DNA of 53,182 nt, filler included, from Sphacelaria rigidula (lineage: Eukaryota): assembly GCA_964200075.2 (NCBI GenBank). It is 4 parts of 4 records of this genome, joined end to end, with 100 filler letters (N's around TTAATTAATTAA, not from the genome) between each part and the next. Parts side by side here need not be neighbours in the genome. Positions count along the whole stretch, not along the records: positions 26,646 to 39,864 come from CAXNAA020003058.1; positions 39,965 to 53,182 come from CAXNAA020003059.1; 2 more parts are not named here. The stretch is one strand, 5' to 3'. The notes below the pieces were generated by a model that did not search any database, was not told the DNA's origin, and saw only the letters and a program-made list of their open reading frames with translations. Position numbers and translations under genes: made by a program. Shown piece by piece: positions 38,889 through 51,244 of the stretch (its first letter is position 1; every line of letters starts with the position of its first letter).

Positions 38889-39864
38889 TCCGACGTGTGA
38901 ACATATTCCCTCTCCCCCTTCTTATGCTTTCAGTCTTAGTACTTTCGAGAAAGAGTCGGCACTCGTGGAGCGTGCCCTGATGTTGAGCACAGGTCACATC
39001 TTACTGACTTTACTTGTTTTTTTTATTGCCTTGGCACTGCTGCCGCTGCCGCTGCTGCTACTGCCCTACCGTACATGCGGAACATCTTTCATCAGCGGCT
39101 GAATTCAACGGTACGAAAAACAGTCAGGGTTTCATCGCTCCACACTGGGCACAGCCTACTGCACGCTGTCGCTGTCACTACGTCGTTGTTCTACAACACT
39201 ACAGCACAGATAGAGTAAAATTATGTTGACAGTACAAGAGGGGGCAAGCAGATGGAAACTACCACGAGGAGAGCAAAGAACACGTTCTTTGCGTAAGGTT
39301 CTCTCTGGTTGAGCTGTCGTTGCCCAAAGGTCAAATACTGCAACGTTGCGGGGTAGGTTTACTGTAGGTTTCTCCTAGGAGAACAAAATGACTACGATAA
39401 ATTGATCAATCAAACCAATCAAACTGCTCACTGCCTTCCTTTCGGGCTTTGTTCCCGGCTTATAATTTTCCTCTGGAACAAATCAAAATACGCATGGTTG
39501 ACTTCGTGAGCTTGTCGGTTGTGCTTGGAACAAGCACCCATCCCCCTTGAAAACCACCCTCCTGCCCACCGGAAACCCCTGGATATTCCTGGAATGTCGG
39601 ACGACGAATGGTCCGAGGCGAGGCTGGCAGCCAGTTAAGCAAAAGCATTCCGGGACTGGTTTTGAAGCGACATCAAGGGAAAGCGCGCAATCTTCTGCCT
39701 CCGACGCAATGGGACGGGGGGATGCGGGGAAATTGGCTCGGGCTTGCAACCTCGAGGGTCGTGCCCACGACACTCCCCTGGCGGCTGTATCACAATCAAC
39801 AGTGTTTTCGTGAGATTGAGAGTAGATGATACGATTGAGAGTGAAAAGCGTTCAATCAGTGAAT

Positions 39865-39964
39865 NNNNNNNNNNNNNNNNNNNNNNNNNNNNNNNNNNNN
39901 NNNNNNNNTTAATTAATTAANNNNNNNNNNNNNNNNNNNNNNNNNNNNNNNNNNNNNNNNNNNN
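39865..39964. other. Artificial contig-joining linker N44-TTAATTAATTAA-N44
   Basis: Same structure as 13225-13324. Confidence 0.97.
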
Positions 39965-40129
39965 CAAATGAATACGCCCCCCCCCCTATATTTCTGGCAT
40001 GTCTCTTACTTTTGTCTTCTACCCGACACATTAACTAATGGACATTATCTCGTCTTTGCGTCCTCTTATCTCCTTTCATACTTTCTCGACTTCTCCACGG
40101 TTCGGACAGATTAGAGTTCATACAGGTTG

Positions 40130-40700
40130 GCTCCCGATGAATGTTGAACGCGAATCATATGCCCGAGAGTCGTCCGGTATGAATCACGGATGGTTAAGTT
40201 GTATGTTCAATGTTACATCGCATGAATCACGGACTGGGAATGTGTACACTCCAAGTAGTATCAGACAAATCAAGAGTGCAAAATATGTACGAATCACACT
40301 TCCTCTATGAATCTTCGGGTGGGAGATATGTACACTTGATTCATTTAGTATGTTTCGAAGGTAGCGGACATATACGTACGATTCATGCTGTATGAACGGG
40401 GACTGGGAATCGTTTGCTCTTGATTGACCTCGTATGGATGGAAGGCGGAGAACATGTACGTATCATTCATGCCGCATGAACGGATTTTGGGGAATATGTG
40501 CGTGTGATACACCTAGCATGAATGGAAGGTGCAGAACGCGTGCCTATGATTCATGCGGCATGTATGAAAGGGGAGACACATGTGGGCTTGATTCACCTGG
40601 TAGGTATGAATGGAAGGTGGAAAATATGTTTATATGACTCATGCTCACGAACGTGAGGTGGAAAACGTGTACATGAATCACGCGATTCATGCTGTATGGA
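40130..40700. repeat. Degenerate ~38-40-bp tandem repeat (minisatellite), block 1
   Basis: Recurrent ATGAATGGAAGGTGGAGAACATGTACGC.TGATTCA-like unit. Confidence 0.75.
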
Positions 40701-40865
40701 TCGTAGGGAAATAAAAGGCTAAAATATTCATTCTAGGCGCGCAGATGCGTGCTGTGCCTTCCTGTGCCGTACTGCCCGCGGATCGCAGATTATGCTGCCG
40801 GAGTTTTACCGGAAACGCTCGCGAGCATGCAAGGGGAATTCGTGTTTGTGCTATAACAGCCAACC

Positions 40866-41284
40866 CTCGAAATTGAGGGAGCTTTTCATCGAGGATGAGA
40901 ACCCGGAGGATTAGAATCTTCGTGTCCGCACCAAATCTGCGAAATATGGTTCCATTCCTTCGCCTACTGGTAGCTATTGACAAGTACTACGCGTCATACA
41001 AGTTATGTTTTCGATAACCGAAACGTTCGGGTACTAGGTGGAAAACCATCTCCGGGGAAGTGGGACGACCCGATCGGATCACCTACATCCCCAAAATTGT
41101 TCCTTCATCTAGGATCCTGAAACGTCTGCTATCGGAATCCAAATTTGTAGGGCGTGTAGCAGTTGTCAATAGCTACCAGTAGGTGAAGGAATAGAGCCAT
41201 ATTTCAAAGATTTGGCGTGGATGCGAAGATTTCAATCCTTCGGGCTTTCATCCTCGATGAAAATCTCCATCCCCAATTTCGATG
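40866..41284. mobile_element. Foldback/MITE with ~130-bp inverted arms
   Basis: 40866-40992 is the imperfect reverse complement of 41152-41284 (e.g. CCTACTGGTAGCTATTGACAA / TTGTCAATAGCTACCAGTAGG). Confidence 0.8.
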
Positions 41285-41959
41285 ATCAATTGTTTTATAA
41301 AAATGTTGTTCGTAAGTGTTCGTGGTACTGTATACCGTATGTTCAGGTCAATTGTACCACAGAACACAACATGAAACCACACAGGCTGTCCATAGCATAG
41401 CTCGGGGGGGGGAACTGGCGAAACAAAACGCTCTGGGCACGCCAGTGGAGTTTACCGGCGTTGGGCTACATATATGCATGGTTGACACATCACTTGATTT
41501 GAGTGTTTACAACGAGAATCGGATCTTTAGTAGGGCTCACAGTCCCGTGTGCTCCTGGCGTGCACAGAACGCGTTTTCATTGGAATCGGCGCCCCAGGCG
41601 CCGATTTGTGGTCTACGAAGGCAGCCTAGGAAATGCTTTGTACCGCCCTTGTTCGAGGGCTCTCGGAATGCGTTGGGTTGGGGTTAGGGTTAGGGGTAGC
41701 GATACTTGTAAAATGTGTCAACCATGGGCATTTGTCGTCCAACGCCCGATAACTAGCCTCGGGCACGCAGATGCGTGTGTTGTACTGCCATAGTTGATGT
41801 GTTATGTGTGAGTACAAAATTTAAAATTGTTTTTTTTGCGGATTTTGCTCTTGAGGGGTTCGCGACTTGTACACTTTCATTTGCCTACCCCACCTGCAAC
41901 AGGGCAGCGCCACCGAAGAGTCGCGCCTCATGCAATGACAGGTGGGAAATGACATGTTC

Positions 41960-42500
41960 ACATAATTTATATCATATGAACAGATGATGGAGAATATGTA
42001 CGCATGATTCGCGCTGCATTAACAAACAGTGGGAAACTTATACACTTGATCCGTCTTGTATAAATGAAAGATAGAGAACGTGCACGCATGATTGATGCCG
42101 CATGAATGAAAATTGGGAAACATGTACGCTTGATTCACCTCGTATAAATGCAAGGTGGCGAGCATGTACGTGCGATTCATGCTACGTGAACGGAAATTGG
42201 GATTTATGTACGCTTGAGTCACCTCGTATGAATCGAAGGTGGAGAACGTGTGCCCATGACCCATGCTGAATGATTGAAGGTTGGGAAATATGTGCCCATG
42301 GTTCACGCCATGCAAATGGAGGGTAGGAAAAGTGTATATTTGACGGTGTATCGCACGAATCACGAACTGGGAATGTGTACACTCATAGCGATGTCGTACA
42401 AATCACGAACCAAAGTCATGTACAAATCACAACTTGAGTACGAATCGTGTGATTGATTCGTCCAAATGTTGAACATGAATCGAATCACGATTGTATTTGT
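41960..42500. repeat. Degenerate ~38-40-bp tandem repeat, block 2 (same family and orientation)
   Basis: Same unit; 42350-42450 resembles 40215-40310 (GAATCACG.ACTGGGAATGTGTACACTC). Confidence 0.75.
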
Positions 42501-43810
42501 CCGAACCGTGGACTTCTCCATCGCACCTTATTCTACCCTGCCCTTTCGTCATATTCTTCCATACAGGCTTATCAACTAGGGCCTGCAATCTCGTCGTTGT
42601 CATGTTCTTTACGCTATAATGTCGTTTCAATTTTTCGAAGTCTCTGTTCGTTTTCACTTAGTACGTTCCCAACTCTGCTCTCCAAACTGTATTACTCGTC
42701 GTCTTTGAGCATCCAAGTATTTTTTTCACCTGCTGCCACGTGTACTGTTGTCAACTTCTTTACCAACTTCGCGTTCCCCTCTCATATGTATCCTGCACAT
42801 TCCAGCTTTGGTAAACTCACGTGCATCGAAATGGATCTCTTCATCCTAGGATCTAGGTGCGAGTTTCTGAGGATCACGTCCATCCTGCCTATCTGTGCCT
42901 TCACCTTTTCTATTACTTTGTTTATTTGTGCGTCCCAAAAACAGTGTTTTGATATCTTCACGTCGAGGTGTGTATGCTGGTCCACGATCAGCGATTCCTT
43001 ATCTACCCACCTTCATTTGAACTCTACCGGATGTTTCTCATCTTCGTTGCACGCAAGTACCGCGCATTTGTTCACGTTCGCTGTCACTCTCCATTTCCTA
43101 GCGCCTTCTCTATTTGCTTCTGCAATCCTTCCGGTGTTTCCGATATCCCCACGAAATCATCTGCGAACATCGCTCTTGATACCATATCTTCCCCCACCTT
43201 GATTCCGTGCTTTGCTGCTTCTACTGCTATTATCAGGTCATTATGAAGTACTTTGAATAAAGTGGGTGATAATGTACATCCTTGTGCCAACTCCTCATGA
43301 TATGATATACCAAAACATTTCGATATTTCCCCGTCTAGCATCATACATTATTTCGCGCATTCTGTCATCTTCTTCAACATTTTCCACAATTCTCCTCTGA
43401 TCCCAACTTCCCATACTTTTTCCACGGCCTGTTTCTCCATGATATTGTACCATAGGCCTTTTGTCAGCCCAGCGCCTTTCCTTCCTTGAATAATCGCACC
43501 TAATGTGTACACATGGTCTACGCAACTACGGTTTGGTCTAAAACCTGCTTGCCCCTCGCAGATTTTTACTTCTCTAGCATTGTTCCCACTCCATCATTCA
43601 GAAGCTGCCAGAATGTTTTCCATGCGGTGCTCAATAGCGTTGTCCCTTTATAGCTCCCTGGGTCAGCCCTGTCTCCTTTCTTGATAAGGTTTACTACCAC
43701 CCTTCTCTCCACCTCTTGGGTGTGTATTCGTTTTCCCATATTTCATTGTACAGCATAACCAACAAGGAAACCGTTGCCTCTCCCCCGTACTTTGGAAGTT
43801 CGCTCACTAT
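42500..43810 (-). mobile_element. Non-LTR (LINE) reverse-transcriptase relic
   Basis: VVNLIKKGD..PG.YKG.TLLST, GFRPNRSCVDHVYTL, LAQGCTLSPTLF, MFADDFVG (FADD 43167-43156), WDAQINKVIEK and PKLE motifs with frameshifts and stops. Confidence 0.88.
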
Positions 43811-44698
43811 TTTGTCTGCCCCTGCTGCCTGTTCTTGATATTAGCTACACACTCCTTTATTGCAATGTAGGAACCGTACCTAACGGTGTAGAGGTGGGGG
43901 GGAGAGAGAGAACGAGAGAGGGAGGAGGGGGGGGAGGTTGTACTCATGATCTTGCATGCTGTGGTCATATGACCATTGACCTCGCATCCCTACAAAGCCG
44001 GGACCGAGCACGCCGGGTATTCGCCGGACCAGGCTCGCAATCAATCACCAAGGGCGAAGCGCTGTGATGTGTTCAGTGAGTCGCATGAAGGGTGAGCTGC
44101 ATCTTGCCAAGATTGTTCGGCCCGAAGCCTACCGAGCATCCTGCATATGGATGACAACTCCATCGAGTCGCTTCACTTTCTGGTATCGCCAGTTGCACAG
44201 ACAGACACGGGTTATATACTGCCGTATGGGTGGGACGGGGGGGGGGGGGTAGCGGGCACCATAGCATTCTGCCAAAAGCTGTCGAGGTTCCACGACACGT
44301 GGAGTAGAGGCCCGGGTGGGGCAAACGAGAATGGATTCATGCTGCTGTAGAGATTGCACATGTGGGCCCGGTTCGTTCTCATTCAGATGCTCCTACAGTT
44401 GGGAGATGCACAAGAATATGGTCAAGGCATTCCCGTTTTGAAACTGATTGGAGACATACCTAACCCATTGGAACACTAATCGTGGCGTGCTCACACCTGT
44501 TTTTTTTCTTTCCTGACACTTTGAACCCCTCCCCTTCCTCGGGATGGGTCCGCGGTCTCAAGGGATCAACCCTTCTCTCCCCCGGTATTCCATAAGGCGA
44601 TTTTTGGAGGAGATAAAGAGCTCCTACCGATTAAAACCTGAGAAACATTTTGTGCAACCCAACAATATAATGACTCAATAATGCTTTGTCTCGTATTG

Positions 44699-44996
44699 AA
44701 CAGCATTTTCGTGAGATTGAGAGTAGAACCCTGATTGAGAGTGGCTTTGGTCATTCGCTTCAACATAGCCAATTTTTCACTCCGTGTGTGCTTCTCTTTG
44801 TCTTCATCAAAGGCGTGTGCTTACAGCTACATGTCAATATCCTACTCACTGATATCAAGGGCCTCAGAGGCAAGCTACGGCAGAAAGCATGTCGGGCTTC
44901 GTGGAGAAAATTTCGGCGTGAAACGATTCATTCACTAATTGACCACTTTTCACTCTCTATCGCACCCTCTACTCTCAATCTCACGAAAACGTTGTT
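44699..44996. mobile_element. ~300-bp MITE
   Basis: TIR core TTTTCGTGAGATTGAGAGTAGA at the left end and its reverse complement at ~44968-44996; the same TIR occurs at 26486-26545 and 39798-39843. Confidence 0.8.
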
Positions 44997-45414
44997 ACTG
45001 GTGTTTAGCAATGTAGACAAACACGTCCATGACTGAGCAAAGGAGAATCCCGCAGTCGCACTTTTTGACCATGAGCATCGTGATTGTGTGTGAAAATGAA
45101 ACAGGACGCCGAGCGAACAGAATTGTTTATTACTGCTCCTTGAAGACGAAGCATCGGGACATTGGCAAGCAAAGTACCATAGGCACCGGCACCTTGCCAT
45201 CTGCCCTCGGCGTTAGCGACCGTGTGCAAAAACCGAAGAACTTTGGCGCAGATTGAGGAAAGGGTAAAACTTTCAAGCTCCATAGACAGTGTGGGCGGGG
45301 AGCTGATTCAATGGTACCTCACCATAATATATATATATTGGTCATTGAGAAGTTGCCAGCAGCACAGTACGAGACATGAAACATCGTCCGAGATAGGGCA
45401 GCCGCCATCATCAC

Positions 45415-46405
45415 GAGTTGAACTTAAACTCTTTGACTCTGAAATGAGAAGTTCAACTCGGAGATCCGATTTTCAAGTTGAACCTCCGACTTCATTGCCT
45501 GACCTTCGCGTTGACGGTTACGCCTTCAACTTTCATGTTGAACCTTCGACTTCATTGCCGGAGCGTAAACTTGAACGTCGAGTTTAAGTTGAACCTTACA
45601 CTCGCCAGGTCTTCATCTCGAAAGTGCGACATGAAGCTCGCAGAGGCTCGACACTCCAGCCTCCCCCTTGAACGTTCAACCCGACAGTCGACCTAATAAC
45701 TTGAACGTTTGAATGTCAGGTTAAACCTCGGACTTCCAACTCGAACGTTCGACCCGGAATTGAACCTTGAATGCCGAGTGAGGAGATTGTGTGAAACTTC
45801 GGGAAGTTGAACATCGAATAACGGAAGCGCCACCCAGCCTCATACCGGAACCGTTTTGTCGACTGACAGTTCAGAGAAATCCAGGGGCTTTCTGGAAGAG
45901 GGTCTGTATCGAATAGGGGGTTGGGGGCGCTCACAATGTCGGAGGAAGCTTACTGTGTACATTTCGCATGTTTGCGGGAGATTTGTACGTCGCGCAATAT
46001 TCCCGAGGGCGATGAAGTGATTTTTTTTATACTTCTGATTGGCCGTAGTGGTCAATGTTTTCCCCACGAGGTCCTAAATATGGTCCACTTGGCTGTCAAC
46101 AAGGTTTCAGTCATTTTGCGACGACCGCTCAGCCATTGCACACTTGAACCTTCACAGACTTGAAGTTGAACAATCGAGACAAAATGCATTATTCGACCCT
46201 GAACCCTCGACTTGAGAGCCGGCTTTTGAACTTGAAGGCTAAAGGTAAAGGGCAGAGTTCAAAGTTGAACGCTTGAGTTAAAAGTCAAACCCTCAAGTTG
46301 AAGGTTTGCTTTGAAAGTCGAAGGTTCCAGCTCAGAGTCAACCGAACGTTTGACATTCAAGTTGGAGGTTCGAGTCGAAGGGAAGACATTTGAGCGTTCG
46401 ACCTG
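45415..46405. repeat. Degenerate element built from TTGAAC/TCGACTT-type short repeats, partly inverted between the two halves
   Basis: Many GTTGAACCT(T/C)CGACTT units on the left; AAGTCGAAGGTTC units on the right. Confidence 0.5.
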
Positions 46406-46439
46406 AATTTGTGAAAATTTTGATTATACTGTCTTCTAT

Positions 46440-46873
46440 GGCAACCAATCTGTACTTCTACAAATATGGGGATTTAAGCCCGTATACTTCCGATTTTCTC
46501 CCGTGGATTGATTCTTCGGTCCCCAGTCTGTTAGGCAATGATTTTCGCCTAGCTCTGAGGGAATCAGATCTATTCCCCGATTCTCTGAACGTTGACTTTT
46601 GTTTCGTCACCTTTCTGCTCGGATCGGAAGACTCCTGCATCTCTCCCGAATCTGGGGCCCAAATCGGGGGAGATGTGGGAGTCTCCCCATCTGAGCAGAA
46701 AGGTGATAAACCAAAAGCCAGCGTCCAGAGAATCGGAGAATTGGTCTGATTTCCTCAGAGCTAGATGAAAAACATTGCCCAACAGACTGGGGTCCGAAAA
46801 ATCAATCCACTGGAGAAAATCAGATGTGCACGGGCTGAAATCCTCATATTTGTACAAATACGGATTGGTTGCC
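46440..46873. mobile_element. 434-bp near-palindromic foldback element
   Basis: GGCAACCAATC...GATTGGTTGCC ends; arms pair colinearly up to a centre near 46657 with essentially no loop. Confidence 0.9.
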
Positions 46874-47323
46874 TTACAAGACGGTCTTAGTGGGGAGAGT
46901 AGCGCGTTTCCGATTCTTTCGTGACAGTACGACACGTAGATCCAAGCACTCAACACCCGCACTCGGCACCCTGCCTACAGCAATGTAAAACGAATGCAGG
47001 TCGAGCGACTGTAACTCTAGCTTGGGAGGAGACGCCGACGTCAGAAAACAAACTCGAAACGGATGCCCATTTAGAGCGCCGCTAGTATTCTCGCGTGCAC
47101 CACCTGTGCTTATCGAAACGTGACCTCCACCAGTATTCTCACTCTTCCCCCCGCGGATACTGTATCGCACCCGGTACGATAGCCACCGGGGGGCTGCTAG
47201 GCCCATGAAACTCGCTTGTGTCAGTCTGCACCTCGCGACAGGTAATCAAAACGCCTACCACGACAGAGGGGGATGCGACAACTCCGGATGTTGAACGGTA
47301 TCTCGCGGCTGGGAAGTGCGCTG

Positions 47324-50300
47324 TGAGATCATGTGGACACTGTACGGGCCATGTTTGCATTGTAGCGGTAGTGCATAGCAGCAGCACGTGAAGAGGCAAG
47401 GGCAAACCTAGGTTCAAGAGTGTTTCATTCACGAAGCCCATCATCCTTGAAGGGCCATATGACGGTTATATGAGACCGAGCATGCCTGACTATGAAGTCT
47501 GAATGCTGAACTGTTCTCATACCACGGATTGCTATTATTTATCAACACCTCAAGATGCCCTCTCAAGAACTGCTTCATCACGATATACCGCCAACACTCA
47601 TTTGAATTTCCCGTCAACGTTGAGGAAACAAACGAAGCGTTGAAGCACTCCATCTTTTGTCCTCTGACTTCCAACGTCATTCAGACAATCATCGAATATG
47701 ATGTTTGTTGGTCTCACGCCTATGTTCAATACATACGGACCTACGTACCTTGCAGCATTAAACGGTTGCTCGCACAGTTTACTGTCCCTAAGCTCTTGGT
47801 TAAGATGTCCACCGATTGATACTGAGTTTCAAGACACTTGACGTCGACCACGTTGTCAGCTACGAGACTAAACACGTAATAGAACTTGATGTCCACATGA
47901 TGTATGTGAGGTTTGATCTCTTCACTCCGAGACAATTATGAAGCTCTTCGTTGTCCCATATTACGGTAGCCTCACTCTGTTCTTTGTTTACCGTCGAGAG
48001 GTGAGTGTATAAATATAAATACTGAATCACCTGACACACTTCAGACAAGGCACGTTATTTCGCTTCAAGAGCTGAAGTAGCTGCCACCCTTTGCAGTTAG
48101 ATTCTTAGCCCTAAATATGCATCATCCCCAGTAAGTTGTAGATAATATCTCTTATCCTTGTCACCAGCATGGTCTGCGGAAGGTTATCTTCATCCCCAGT
48201 CTCCGAGAAACATGTCAAACCTATATCCAAGGGCTCTACTACGTACCGTAAAACCCCTTTCAGCCTCATCAGGCCCGTGGGCCTGACTTCGACCGAATGT
48301 GTAATATCGGAGCTGACACATCTACTCAATTAGATAATAAAATCCATGGTTGCTCTGAAGTACGACGTGTTCTGTGGGGATAAAACCTCTCTGGTCCTGA
48401 TCCGCGTTGGACCTGCCTCATCTAACATCTTGATCGGGCAATCCTGTAGCACGCCACATGTTTCCGGAACATTTCTGGAGTACGTTTCTCGAGTCAAGAG
48501 ATTCTCGCCTTCCCAGACGTTTCCTCGATTCCCATGAAAGTAGAAACTGTTTGTCTCCTAAATCCACCATTTCCAACGTTTCTATCAGTTGGATCATTAT
48601 GTGACAGTAGTCGGGATTCATCTGATCCTGTCAAGCAGATATCGTCTACGTACAGAGGGAGCAATAAGGCACCGTCGTTCAGGAGGTATACACATGAGTC
48701 TGCTCCGCTTGACGAGGACCCACTCTCTACAGTAGCAGACGCGTGACTATATTTCCCCACCATCTGCGAGGTGGCATTCTCCATCCGTAGAGCCAAATTA
48801 TCATTCTCTAAATCTGTTGGCTTGCTCAAATGAACACAAGTAACCATGCAGTGGCACCTATACAACTGGACCATCCTCTTCAAATCGTGCTTGGAGGAAA
48901 GCTGTCTTGATGCCGACCACCCGGAGAGGTCAGTTGTTCTCTGCTGCTAGACCTACCAACATTCAATATTCGACCATACTTCTGCGTAGCCACCAGTGAG
49001 CGTTTGCCTGCTCCTGTGTCAGCCACATGAAAAACTTCGACCACCATTCGGGTCTCCTGTTAACTTGCAACGCAGTTGTCGTCGTCGTATTTCCACCCGA
49101 AGTGAAATATTGATGGCGTAACTCTCACGTCCTCAAGCGGTACCATCCATTCCACAACATCGTAATCATTGATCGATTTGCACTCCTTGGCAATGCCCCC
49201 CTTCCAACCCTGTACGCTTGACCCTGTCACTGCTTTGTTGGAGTTTTTTTGGTCGGCTGGCATGTGTCCGACCTCCCCCGGAGAGTCGACGTCTGTTTCA
49301 CCGCCTATGAAAGAACTCCAGGAAATAGGCCGCGTACAACATCCGCGAACGTATTATCTTCAGTACTTCGGAGGGACCATTGGATACTTCCTGGAGGTAG
49401 GCCTAGTCATCTAGCACGCTGGCGTATTTGGCTGCCGTTGCTGTTGTTGTCCATGTTTTGTTCGTAGTTCTTCCACTATTGCGTTTGGTGGTTCCGGAGT
49501 TGACTTGGGTTCCTCCTCATCCGAGTCTTCCCCATCTACAAACTCCGCCTGCAATGGGTCGATGGGCGGTAACGGATTATACTCTGATGATGGCTTAATA
49601 ATGTAATGTTCTCATCCTCCCCCCCCCCCCCCCCCCCCCCCACCCCCTTCTCTTTATCGGGTTCAAGAGTTGGTCGCGACGCATCTTGGCGCGATGGGCG
49701 GTTNNNNNNNNNNAATTCCCCCTGGCATGGGTTTTTTGGGGGGAACGGATTTATCTCTGATTATGTGTTTATTATTTTATGTTTCCTTCCCCCCCCCCCC
49801 CCCCCCCGAAGGATGTTTTTGCCGAGTTATTGATACGGCCATGTCGGGACTTATGCCAAAGGCGGTAAGTTTTGTTGCTTGTGTTGTATCCGGCCAGGTG
49901 AATTTATCTCCCCTCGTTGTCAATTTTCCCCTCCAATTTCGACCTTCGATGTGTTTGAAAGTGGTGCATCCTTGTTCGCGAATGTGGCTGAGGTTTCACC
50001 AACAGTTGATTATCGCATACCTCAAGCAGATTTTCATCATCTACGCGTGCCTGACGGTGTGCCGTTACGGAACTATACCGCAGCTCTGCAGCTTCAACCC
50101 GCAGACGCTTGGGGAGATACGGTGCGCCCAGGAGCAAACTGCGTGCAGCGCAGGTCATCGTACCGAAATCTTATCCTGCAACGGCATTTCTTCGAGGAAT
50201 ATACAGCGTGTTTGATGTTCTCTTGATTCCAAATGAGTCTGCCAGATTCTTATGTCGTCCTTCAAACTTGCCGCCTTCATCGTACCTGATTGTTCCGATG

Positions 50301-50863
50301 CTGATATCCTCCGGGTCGGCGACGTTGTTGATCATGTGCTGTAGCGCTTCCACTGATTCGCCCTTCGTCTTCAAAGGAATAGCCCATCTCATGTCGCATT
50401 ATATGATCAGTGAACATCACAAACTAACGGGCTGTGCGGGCGTAGATCAGTCGGGGCTCTGGAGCTTTCTCCTCTCCGAAGATAATACCGCCAAGGCCCG
50501 GCACGGACCCCATCGATCGCTGCAGCGTGATCCAGCCATGGCAACTCTACGGGCCGCCGTTAATTGAGAGAAAACCGTTTCGCAAGGACGACGCGGGAAG
50601 GGACTTCGTCCGTGCATCAACTTCGAGGCTCATAGCCTGAGACGATATGGGCACTGTACAGGCTATGTTCGTACTGCAGTTTGAGTGCACAGCAGCAGCA
50701 CGGAAGAGGCACAAGGGTTAACCTCGGTGCTAGCTCAGGGGCGTTCAGTTGACGAAGCTCATTCTTGAAGTACAATATGACGGTTACATGAAACCAAGCA
50801 CGCCTACTCATGATTTCCAAACCCTGAACTGTATTCCAGCGACGTCGATTACTGCTGTTTGGA
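47324..50863 (-). mobile_element. Old, internally deleted Ty1/copia LTR retrotransposon
   Basis: Minus-strand order is integrase (WAIPLKTKGES..TIRYDEGGKF, 50392-50171), RT (GWKGGIAKECKSI; LYVDD 48652-48641), RNase H (IWDNE; HVDIKFYY; VDILTKSL). Diverged direct repeats at ~47324-47547 and ~50638-50863. Confidence 0.85.
49704..49713. other. Intra-scaffold assembly gap (10 N)
   Basis: Run of 10 N between poly-C-rich flanks. Confidence 0.95.
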
Positions 50864-51244
50864 TGAATTAACTACCGGTAATTACGGCAAATCAGCCTCT
50901 TATATTACCTATCGCTAACTATCTTCAATACCGGGGACGAAAACGTACCACCCTCGAGGGAATAGAAACGTCCCTATCAGAGATTTCCAGGCTATTGAAG
51001 CCATGGTCTTGTCTGTCTGTCCATCTGCGTCTACTGCTCTCTGCCTGCTGTACGTCTGCTGCCCGTCTGGTCTGCCAAAGTGTTCTGTTCTGAAAACAGA
51101 GGCCGGCGACTCGAAAGGGTGCCCGTCACTCGAGGGGGGGGCGAGAGCACCAAATCACCCCGAAAAAAGTAATTACCTCCCCACGATATCCGTTGCCGGC
51201 AATGACCGGCACACTAGGTACTACATATCCGTACTCGTACTATA

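Larger units (their letters stand above)
30868..38899 (+). mobile_element. hAT-superfamily DNA transposon, ~8.0 kb
   Basis: 12-bp TIR CACACGTCGGAC (30868-30879) / GTCCGACGTGTG (38888-38899), subterminal repeat arrays at both ends, internal hAT transposase; no intact 8-bp TSD visible. Confidence 0.85.

Noticed and set aside
41675..41697. Telomere
   Set aside because: Only about three imperfect TTAGGG units, internal to a repeat region
42453..43202. 249-aa plus-strand ORF
   Set aside because: Antisense shadow of the LINE RT relic
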